Of a DNA stretch of 32,000 nucleotides, positions 25,801 to 31,100 are shown one piece after another. The translations under genes were made by a program, and so were the position numbers. The notes below the pieces were generated by a model. That model saw nothing but the letters and a program-made list of their open reading frames with translations, ran no database searches and had not been told where the DNA came from. Every line of letters starts with the position of its first letter. The stretch's first letter is position 1. The stretch is from Candidatus Saccharimonadota bacterium (GTDB lineage: Bacteria > Patescibacteriota > Gracilibacteria > UBA4473), in the NCBI GenBank assembly GCA_965228485.1, contig OZ245819.1:1170001-1202000 (forward strand), read 5' to 3'.

Positions 25801-27438
25801 AATGCTACGGTGCGAATTATTGATCCAACTTCGGGATTAACGTTGTGTACGGCTACGGCGGATGGATCCGGGAACTTTAGCTGTGATCTGAGCCCAGACC
25901 TTACTGATGGACAAACCGTCAACGTCACCGCCACCGTAGATGGAACCTCTTCATTGCCAACTACTATTACGGTTGATAGTAGTGATTCTGATGGAGACGG
26001 AATAGATAACACTGATGAGACAGGGGCCATTAATGGCGGAGATGGAAATGGTGATGGGACGCCTGATGATGAACAAACATCAGTCACCTCTGTCACGAAC
26101 CCCGTTACCAGCCAACCAGTCACTATGTCAGTCACGGGTGGAAACTGTCGTGTGATTGATGGTTATGATGTCGAGTTTGAAAGTACTCAAACAGCTCAAG
26201 ACAGTGCCTTTGATTACCCGATCGGGTTGTTTGATTTTGAACTCTATTGTACTAACGTCGGACAGAGTACGGACGTAACGTTCTATCTAGATAAAGAGTA
26301 TGATACCACGGGATGGGTCTGGAGAAAGATCAATCGGAGCGCGGGAGTTTATAGCACTTTTAATGAAACAGTTACCTATGGAACCGCTACTATAGGCACT
26401 GATACGGTGACAACCGTAAATATTGTAGTAGCGGACAATAATAGCGATGATGAAGATTCTACAGCTAATGCTCGTATTCTTGATCCCTCTGGACCGGCTT
26501 TGCCAGCACCTACTAGTTCCGGCTCCGGAGGTGGCGGAGGCAGTGCTCCGATTCGTCATATAATTACTATGTGTAGCTATGACACAGGGAAGTGTGAAAA
26601 TATTTTCCCTACGGGAAATGATGAAACTTATAAAACGTACCGAGACTGTTACCAATCTGGTAGTAAATCCGGGACAGAGTGTGCCACTGAGTGGGCGTTG
26701 GCCAAAAATTATGTAGCGGTAGAAGACTTCGTACCGACCACGGTTCAACCGGCTCAAACCGGTTCTCAAGCCGAAGAGATTTCGACTTCTGGCCTAGAGG
26801 AATCAAAATCAGTTATTAGTGACGATGGCCGCTGTGAGACCATCACCTACCGACGTTATCCAGGTCGACGAGGCTCTGGAGCTTCTGCTGGCTTATTTGG
26901 CGACACGCTTGAGACGCATGCGGCTTACCCTTATTTGGTAGACCTAAACGAACAAAACATTGTAAATGGTGACGCAGAGACGGGGAATGCTCGGTTGGAT
27001 AGTGAAATTAGTCGGGCGGAGGTGATGAAAATTATGACGATAGCCCGTCAAGATTCACTAAAACAAGGCGAATGCGCTGAGTTAACAACTTTTCCAGATG
27101 TTAACACTGGAGCTTGGTATCACCACTTTGTCCAAAATATGGAACAGCAAGATATAGTGCACGGTTATAATGATGGTCTCTACCGACCAGGTAAAAATAT
27201 TATTAAAGCCGAAATTTATAAAATTCTGGCCCTCTCGTTTGGCTACATTACCTATGATGAAGCGAAACAAATAGCGGCTGAACGTGGCATTGAATGGTAT
27301 GTGCCTTATATTGAGGCCTTGGAAAATAATGTTGCTCTACCAAGCGCAATCAGGGCAGCTGAGCCCGGCGAGGGAATGACGAGGGGAGAGATGTTTACCA
27401 TGCTCTCGTTGGTGCTCCAAAAGGTTGACGAACTTTAG
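16834..27438 (+). CDS. Giant (3534 aa) secreted, SLH-anchored repetitive adhesin-like surface protein
   Basis: A single uninterrupted ORF. The signal peptide ends ...ASLALA/AP. A LamG/ConA-like region spans about aa 35-280 (IQEWQDQSSAG...NQRPTF...FDGSNDRF...YLALKYGITLDQ). A cadherin-like module is NAAPTDIALDG...TDSDVADTHAYSL...FDYE...VQDIVDE. The stalk has 10.4 copies of a 203-aa two-module Ig-like repeat. Three further Ig-like modules follow (P.V.PTDGD.ITGT.EP). Next comes a TSP3-like Asp-rich stretch, DSDGDGIDNTDE...GDGNGDGTPDDE. The C-terminal SLH-type repeats read FPDVNTGAWYHHFVQNMEQQDIVHGYNDGLYRPGKNIIKAEIYKIL. Confidence 0.85.
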   Translation: MNQKFPHRLLVSLCVVSFVFFNNASLALAAPGGVQTDLGLWLKANAGVFSDAGTTAAIDGVGIQEWQDQSSAGIDATEATNSNQRPTFQSDAANLVNFNPSVLFDGSNDRFLLDSNSIALGNTSYSFRAVSTVGTNSNGNAILGSAGTGTRKSTLLELNAGSPPQVFSFWQATNLSADATNVDNDDIVIVGDNYDNTVGRTVFSNGLQIGSNANTSHSATDGLIKVGEFSTTGSTADRFTGRMMEVIAYSNTKSSTELNRIDAYLALKYGITLDQAVATAYLASDGSTKMWDETVNATYNNDIFGIGRDDGSNLDQRVSKSLNDDAILTVALDNDFTSANNDASRTTAFGSDLSFLMFANNNGAATFAIAGTNQVLDRVWQVQEEGTVGSVQLQFDMDDADFDIATLDRYELLVDTDNDADFSDETPVSMTNTTGSLWSTSFDFTDGQLFTVALGNAAPTDIALDGGNSDTIIENTVANTDIGTLTTTDSDVADTHAYSLACSVAGADDSHFAIVGDKLQNTTVFDYETPVDANTDNSYEVCVRVTDSGVGNATYDEILTVAVQDIVDETPPVISETTPVDTPTNDSTPSYTFTTDEAGTITYGGSCSSATTAAVFGPNTVDFNTLAEGPYTDCTITVTDAASNVSNQITVSSFTIDTTAPTTTPPSPGVTTPSSGPVNAIVTIPAGSCGADYANGTAIWNTNPAGQINPHPTTVSLDASGDYPQTVLDTSGSTGTFDLTLTCTDQAGNPGPTLDPAVGGFTADHVAPVIGIDSPLMGDDIFNATEAGTVTISGSTDAENGQTVSVSVGTVSGNTTASSGTWSLVLDLSGEANGSLAITADVSDIAGNAATQATASITKDAATPTTTPPTPGVTTPTAGPVGATVTIPAGSCGADYANGTAIWNTNPAGQINPHPTTVSLDASGDYPQTVLDTSGSTGTFDLTLTCTDQAGNPGPTLDPAVGGFTADHVAPVIGIDSPLMGDDIFNATEAGTVTISGSTDAENGQTVSVSVGTVSGNTTASSGTWSLVLDLSGEANGSLAITADVSDIAGNAATQATASITKDAATPTTTPPTPGVTTPTAGPVGATVTIPAGSCGADYANGTAIWNTNPAGQINPHPTTVSLDASGDYPQTVLDTSGSTGTFDLTLTCTDQAGNPGPTLDPAVGGFTADHVAPVIGIDSPLMGDDIFNATEAGTVTISGSTDAENGQTVSVSVGTVSGNTTASSGTWSLVLDLSGEANGSLAITADVSDIAGNAATQATASITKDAATPTTTPPTPGVTTPTAGPVGATVTIPAGSCGADYANGTAIWNTNPAGQINPHPTTVSLDASGDYPQTVLDTSGSTGTFDLTLTCTDQAGNPGPTLDPAVGGFTADHVAPVIGIDSPLMGDDIFNATEAGTVTISGSTDAENGQTVSVSVGTVSGNTTASSGTWSLVLDLSGEANGSLAITADVSDIAGNAATQATASITKDAATPTTTPPTPGVTTPTAGPVGATVTIPAGSCGADYANGTAIWNTNPAGQINPHPTTVSLDASGDYPQTVLDTSGSTGTFDLTLTCTDQAGNPGPTLDPAVGGFTADHVAPVIGIDSPLMGDDIFNATEAGTVTISGSTDAENGQTVSVSVGTVSGNTTASSGTWSLVLDLSGEANGSLAITADVSDIAGNAATQATASITKDAATPTTTPPTPGVTTPTAGPVGATVTIPAGSCGADYANGTAIWNTNPAGQINPHPTTVSLDASGDYPQTVLDTSGSTGTFDLTLTCTDQAGNPGPTLDPAVGGFTADHVAPVIGIDSPLMGDDIFNATEAGTVTISGSTDAENGQTVSVSVGTVSGNTTASSGTWSLVLDLSGEANGSLAITADVSDIAGNAATQATASITKDAATPTTTPPTPGVTTPTAGPVGATVTIPAGSCGADYANGTAIWNTNPAGQINPHPTTVSLDASGDYPQTVLDTSGSTGTFDLTLTCTDQAGNPGPTLDPAVGGFTADHVAPVIGIDSPLMGDDIFNATEAGTVTISGSTDAENGQTVSVSVGTVSGNTTASSGTWSLVLDLSGEANGSLAITADVSDIAGNAATQATASITKDAATPTTTPPTPGVTTPTAGPVGATVTIPAGSCGADYANGTAIWNTNPAGQINPHPTTVSLDASGDYPQTVLDTSGSTGTFDLTLTCTDQAGNPGPTLDPAVGGFTADHVAPVIGIDSPLMGDDIFNATEAGTVTISGSTDAENGQTVSVSVGTVSGNTTASSGTWSLVLDLSGEANGSLAITADVSDIAGNAATQATASITKDAATPTTTPPTPGVTTPTAGPVGATVTIPAGSCGADYANGTAIWNTNPAGQINPHPTTVSLDASGDYPQTVLDTSGSTGTFDLTLTCTDQAGNPGPTLDPAVGGFTADHVAPVIGIDSPLMGDDIFNATEAGTVTISGSTDAENGQTVSVSVGTVSGNTTASSGTWSLVLDLSGEANGSLAITADVSDIAGNAATQATASITKDAATPTTTPPTPGVTTPTAGPVGATVTIPAGSCGADYANGTAIWNTNPAGQINPHPTTVSLDASGDYPQTVLDTSGSTGTFDLTLTCTDQAGNPGPTLDPAVGGFTADHVAPVIGIDSPLMGDDIFNATEAGTVTISGSTDAENGQTVSVSVGTVSGNTTASSGTWSLVLDLSGEANGSLAITADVSDIAGNAATQATASITKDAATPTTTPPTPGVTTPTAGPVGATVTIPAGSCGADYANGTAIWNTNPAGQINPHPTTVSLDASGDYPQTVLDTSGSTGTFDLTLTCTDQAGNPGPTLDPAVGGFTADLSKPTPPVVYPITTTTDPITGTSEPGSIITVSPLTCDNTPVVTDTSGNWSCDVTTSSPLTALTTIDVTATDSAGNVSDPTMTTVVDHTTTTVPPTVDPTDGDPVTGTGEPGALITVKDNLGNILCQTSVFPNGTFICSPVSPAPSPGDTLEVTQNIAPNGESAPTELMVIDPTAVVLPPTISPTDGDVITGTAEPNATVRIIDPTSGLTLCTATADGSGNFSCDLSPDLTDGQTVNVTATVDGTSSLPTTITVDSSDSDGDGIDNTDETGAINGGDGNGDGTPDDEQTSVTSVTNPVTSQPVTMSVTGGNCRVIDGYDVEFESTQTAQDSAFDYPIGLFDFELYCTNVGQSTDVTFYLDKEYDTTGWVWRKINRSAGVYSTFNETVTYGTATIGTDTVTTVNIVVADNNSDDEDSTANARILDPSGPALPAPTSSGSGGGGGSAPIRHIITMCSYDTGKCENIFPTGNDETYKTYRDCYQSGSKSGTECATEWALAKNYVAVEDFVPTTVQPAQTGSQAEEISTSGLEESKSVISDDGRCETITYRRYPGRRGSGASAGLFGDTLETHAAYPYLVDLNEQNIVNGDAETGNARLDSEISRAEVMKIMTIARQDSLKQGECAELTTFPDVNTGAWYHHFVQNMEQQDIVHGYNDGLYRPGKNIIKAEIYKILALSFGYITYDEAKQIAAERGIEWYVPYIEALENNVALPSAIRAAEPGEGMTRGEMFTMLSLVLQKVDEL
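18895..25215 (+). repeat. Tandem array of 609-bp (203-codon) in-frame repeats, 10 full units plus 231 bp, apparently 100% identical
   Basis: The identity run begins at agttgtggagcgg (18895, next copy 19504) and ends at ggctttacggcggac (25215, first copy 19125). The forward translation and antisense shadow ORFs in two further frames recur with identical sequence at exact +609 steps. Confidence 0.9.
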
Positions 27439-27607
27439 GGTTTTTGACCTAGCTAAGTTTGTCTTCCTCCTTTTCATGCCTATATTCCTGCTGAGACTTC
27501 GTCAGAGACTCTGATTGTGTAATGAAGCGACAAACCACGAAAAATATCTTTTTTAACGTGGTTTATGGCGGCCTCAATTATGTATTATTCATTAAATATT
27601 ACCCTGA

Positions 27608-28025
27608 ATGGTCACCACCAAAAAAACATTTAACTTTCCCGCTAAACTGAAACCGGCCAAAGAAGACAACGGTCGTTGTTTCTTCACAGCTGAAGTCGAA
27701 TCGGATTTTCTTTGTGCCAAATGCTTTAGTGTCGGGGGTGTACGGCACTAAAATGATTCCCAAACGAGTGGTTTGGCTCGAATTTGAGACCGATAGGGGT
27801 GATCTCGTCTGGGTGAAGTTTGCGCTGAAACAAAGAGACATTAAGAGGCTTTCTTAATTCAGTCCTACGAAGGAAAAAAACTTTGATAAGTCATGAAATT
27901 TGAAACTGAAACAAGAATGGTTAGATTTATTAAATATGAAGGATTTTTGAATAGAAACGTATTTGATCCTCAGTTAGCCCCTAGATTGTCTGGAGAAACT
28001 TTCTTGCCCCCTTTCACACGAAATT
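27608..28025 (+). pseudogene. rpoB: Decayed, internally deleted relic of an rpoB 5' region
   Basis: The ATG at 27608 gives MVTTKKTFNFPAKLKPAKEDNGRCFFTAEVESDF, against real RpoB MPKVTKKLNLPAKLKPMKTENGRCFYTSEVGDNF (19/34 identical). After a +1 shift, IFFVPNALVSGVYGTKMIPKRVVWLEFETDRGDLVWVKF aligns with RpoB IFFAPNTALPGAVTGKMIPKRGAWLEIESDKRGLIWVKV. Further weak matches (SYEGKK / GYESNKE; FLNRNVFD / FLDSMFFD) are interrupted by stops. Confidence 0.65.
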
Positions 28026-28199
28026 AATCTAAAAGCCTTTCATTATTACATGGGAGCAGATGTGACTTGTGAGTTGACATATGAAGCAAACCCTAATCGC
28101 TCGGAGGAAAATGCCCGCCACAAATTAAAATCATTTATCTTTTCTTTACTCGTAATGGAGGATTTGTAATAATCAAACTAGCTTTAAATTTTACACGAA

Positions 28200-28781
28200 A
28201 TGAAACAAAAATTATTACTACTTTCGTTGGCTTTGTTACTTCCAAGTTTGGCTCTGGCTCACAGCGGAGAGGGGGTGATGGGAGGTTTTGTTAGTGGTTT
28301 TAAACACCCGATCATGGGATGGGACCATCTGGTAGCTATGGTGGCAGTTGGTCTCTGGGGAGCTATTTTACTCCGCCCTGCTATTTGGGTATTGCCTATT
28401 ACATTTCCAATGGTGATGGCGCTTGGAGCAGTTTTAGGTATATTAGGTCTCCCGGTGCCGTTTATAGAGCCTGGAATTGCTTTGTCAGGATTGGTTCTTG
28501 GTCTAGTTATCTTATTGGCTTGGAAGGCTCCTTTGTGGGCGGCTATGGCTTTGGTTTCGATTTTTGCAATTTTTCATGGACATGCTCATGGTACGGAACT
28601 TCCAGAAGCGGCTAATCCATTAACTTATGCTGTAGGTTTTGTATTGGGAACAGGATTGCTGCATTTAGCGGGTATTGGGCTTGGATTTTTGGACAAATTA
28701 CCAAAAGGAATCTATTTGATTCGAGGTTTTGGGGGGATAATTGCTGTTTGTGGTTTGGCTTTTTTAATGGGATGGTTGTAA
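28200..28781 (+). CDS. hupE: HupE/UreJ family metal (Ni/Co) transport protein
   Basis: 193 aa. The signal peptide ends in ALA/HSGEG, leaving His at the mature N-terminus. Motifs GFKHPIMGWDHLVAMVAVGLW and FHGHAHGTE are family hallmarks. Confidence 0.85.
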   Translation: MKQKLLLLSLALLLPSLALAHSGEGVMGGFVSGFKHPIMGWDHLVAMVAVGLWGAILLRPAIWVLPITFPMVMALGAVLGILGLPVPFIEPGIALSGLVLGLVILLAWKAPLWAAMALVSIFAIFHGHAHGTELPEAANPLTYAVGFVLGTGLLHLAGIGLGFLDKLPKGIYLIRGFGGIIAVCGLAFLMGWL

Positions 28782-29368
28782 GTAATTTGAGAAAAATACT
28801 TTTTTATTTATGTGCCTTATGTTTGCAACCGCTGAACATAGCACAAGCACATAACTTTTTTGGTGATACTCAGCCTTTACTTAATGGGATAGCTCATCCA
28901 TTTCTGACGATTTCTCATTTATTGTTAATCATCTCATTGGGACTTGTTTTGTTTTCTCAGAAAAAACCAGAACAGTTTCTTGGTGTTTTTTTGATAACAT
29001 TATTAGGAGGTTTTTTGGGGCAATGGTTTTTATCTGGAGTGCCATTTGAGCTTGGGTTTAGTTTGTTGTTGATTCTTTGGGGAGTGGTGGTGGCGCTACA
29101 CTATTTAATGTCTTTTCGTATACTAATTCTACCGCTAGCTGTGTCGGGCTTGATTATTGGTTTAGATACTGTCTCAGAGAGTCAGGATGTCATTATGAAT
29201 TTAGTCTTCTATTTGGGCTCAATTTTTGGAGTCGTTGCTTTTTTTAGTTATGTGTTGATTCTTAAAGATTTCATAAAGCAAGAATGGCACTGGGTAATCA
29301 TAAGAACTTTGGGAGGATGGATGTTTGCGGTGGGATTGATGATGTTGGCATTTTATTTTAGTGTCTAA
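28772..29368 (+). CDS. Divergent HupE/UreJ-like membrane protein (second tandem paralog)
   Basis: The signal peptide ends AQA/HNFF. GIAHPFLTISHLLLIISLGL parallels the HP..G.DH motif, but the HGxAHG motif is absent. The ATG at 28772 is preferred over the track TTG at 28748 and overlaps hupE by 10 nt. Confidence 0.6.
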   Translation: MVVSNLRKILFYLCALCLQPLNIAQAHNFFGDTQPLLNGIAHPFLTISHLLLIISLGLVLFSQKKPEQFLGVFLITLLGGFLGQWFLSGVPFELGFSLLLILWGVVVALHYLMSFRILILPLAVSGLIIGLDTVSESQDVIMNLVFYLGSIFGVVAFFSYVLILKDFIKQEWHWVIIRTLGGWMFAVGLMMLAFYFSV

Positions 29369-29379
29369 GTCCTAAGTTT

Positions 29380-30240
29380 TTAATTATTGGAAATTCTTGC
29401 TCCAAAGCTAGAAGGGAGATCGTTCCCTGTTTTAGATTTTATTTTGAGATCTAAAGTCTCAGCTTTTTTTCCTTTGAATTGAGGGATCTTTTGGAGTTGT
29501 ATGGCTAGGTCTTTTGGGGAAAAAGAATCTGGAGCATGACAGGTCAGAATCACAAATAGTGGTTTGTTGGTTAGCAGTTTTTTGACACATTCCATAAGTT
29601 CAAAGAGGTCTCGTTCGATGTGCCAGTCTTTTTTTGCTCCTCGCCCGAAGGCTGGAGGATCAAGTATAATGCCATCATAGGTGTTTTCTCGACGAATTTC
29701 TCGTTTCATGAAGCTGATAACATCATCACAGATCCAACGAATTTTATTTTGGTCGAAACCAGAGAGCTCCGCATTTCGTTTTCCCCAATTATTGGAAGCT
29801 TTGGCGCCATCAACGTGAGTGACTTCTGTGTTTTTGGTGCTTGTAAATAGTGTAGCGATTCCGGTGTGAGCAAAGGTGTTAAGAATTTTTAGTGGCTTTT
29901 CTTTTTGAGTAATTATTTTGTTCAACCAGGTCCAGTTTTCGTATTGTTCTGGGAAAATTCCAATTTGTCCTTGAGCGGCAAATCGACATTCTGCGGTGAT
30001 GTGACTAATTTTTGTCTGCCAGTCTTTGGGTACATCGGTATGAAATCTCCAACCTTTTTGGTTTTTACTGCGCTTGAATATAGCATCGGTTTTTATGCTG
30101 CGATTTTTGAGTGGCCAGTGAGCTTGGGGGCATGGGCGTTCTAGTATGAAGTCGCCAAATCGTTCGAATCGTCGGAAATCTCCGCAATCAATAAGCTCGT
30201 AGTCAAATCCGTTGGTTTTCATTTGTTTTTCAAAAACCAT
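29380..30240 (-). CDS. Class I SAM-dependent methyltransferase (RlmI/COG1092-like, no PUA domain)
   Basis: 286 aa. It has the motif IV-like ILDPPAFGRG, the Rossmann segment ILNTFAHTGIATL, and the N-terminal ELIDCGDFRRFERFGDFILERPCPQAHW. An alternative start lies at 30222 (MKTNGF). Confidence 0.7.
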   Translation of the reverse strand: MVFEKQMKTNGFDYELIDCGDFRRFERFGDFILERPCPQAHWPLKNRSIKTDAIFKRSKNQKGWRFHTDVPKDWQTKISHITAECRFAAQGQIGIFPEQYENWTWLNKIITQKEKPLKILNTFAHTGIATLFTSTKNTEVTHVDGAKASNNWGKRNAELSGFDQNKIRWICDDVISFMKREIRRENTYDGIILDPPAFGRGAKKDWHIERDLFELMECVKKLLTNKPLFVILTCHAPDSFSPKDLAIQLQKIPQFKGKKAETLDLKIKSKTGNDLPSSFGARISNN

Positions 30241-30288
30241 ATTAGAAAGTTTTTGAAAATTTTCGAGGAGGGTTTATGCTTTTTCGTG

Positions 30289-30951
30289 ATGAAAAAATTA
30301 AGTTTACTACTTTTGGTTTTGATTACCTTGTCAGCGTGTCAGAAAAAAGACCCAAATGCTCCAACAAATACGACGATGCTACCGGATAAAGTGGCTCAAG
30401 ATTTGCAGGCAGCAGAAACGGTTGTAGAGATTGAAGACCCACAAGAAACTCAGAATAATGGGAATTCGAACTCTGAGACAGCAAATTCGGGGGTTCAGAA
30501 TTACAGTAATGAGATGTTTCAGTTTGAGTTTGTAAAACCGACAGGATGGGAGGAATCTATAGATCAACTTGGAACTTTGGTGGCTTATATGGAACCAGTG
30601 AAAGAGGGCGATGATTTTCAGGCGAATGTAAATGTGGTAGCTCAGCATTTAACTCAAGAGTTAGAGGTGGTAAGTTTGGATGATCATGTGCAGGCTTCAA
30701 TTGCTCAGGTGAAACCATTTTTCGACAGTCTAGAGATTGTTTCAGAGGAGAGTTCAATGTTTGGTGGAGAGGATTCTCGTTTGGTGACATTGCTTGTAGT
30801 GAGAGAAGGGGTAGAGCTAAAGTTGACCCAACGAATAGTCTTTCATAATAATATCGTTTATGTTATTACCTACGCGGCAGCGACCACTGAATACGATGAG
30901 TATTTTGATAAATTTAAAATTATCGAAAATACATTTCGATTTAAAGGTTAG
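30289..30951 (+). CDS. Lipoprotein, possible PsbP/DcrB-like fold
   Basis: MKKLSLLLLVLITLSAC contains a lipobox (LSAC), followed by a low-complexity linker and a globular domain. The track start at 30223 adds an implausible 22 aa. Confidence 0.65.
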   Translation: MKKLSLLLLVLITLSACQKKDPNAPTNTTMLPDKVAQDLQAAETVVEIEDPQETQNNGNSNSETANSGVQNYSNEMFQFEFVKPTGWEESIDQLGTLVAYMEPVKEGDDFQANVNVVAQHLTQELEVVSLDDHVQASIAQVKPFFDSLEIVSEESSMFGGEDSRLVTLLVVREGVELKLTQRIVFHNNIVYVITYAAATTEYDEYFDKFKIIENTFRFKG

Positions 30952-31100
30952 AAAAGTTTGACTTTTCCCTGTTCTGAAGTAGATTTTAGTCGAATTTTGC
31001 CTCAGAATAAATAGATGAGTAATGAGACGGGCGGAAACTTACACTTGTTTTGTATGTTTTTGCTCGGCATTTTTTTATTTTTTTAACCACTTAAAAGTCC

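Noticed and set aside
27599-27841. An 80-aa minus-strand ORF.
   Set aside because: It is antisense to the rpoB relic. It mirrors the antisense shadow ORF 31541..31933 inside the genuine rpoB (LGIILVPYTPD... versus PRFGIIFPVTAP...), so it is a by-product of rpoB-like coding sequence on the plus strand.
28030-28199. A possible cobalamin or metal riboswitch ahead of hupE (the string TGCCCGCCAC resembles part of the B12-element core).
   Set aside because: I find no B12 box (AGYCMGGAGACCKGCC-like) or GCCACUG element. The segment is short and partly overlaps rpoB-relic sequence. cmscan would be needed to revisit this.
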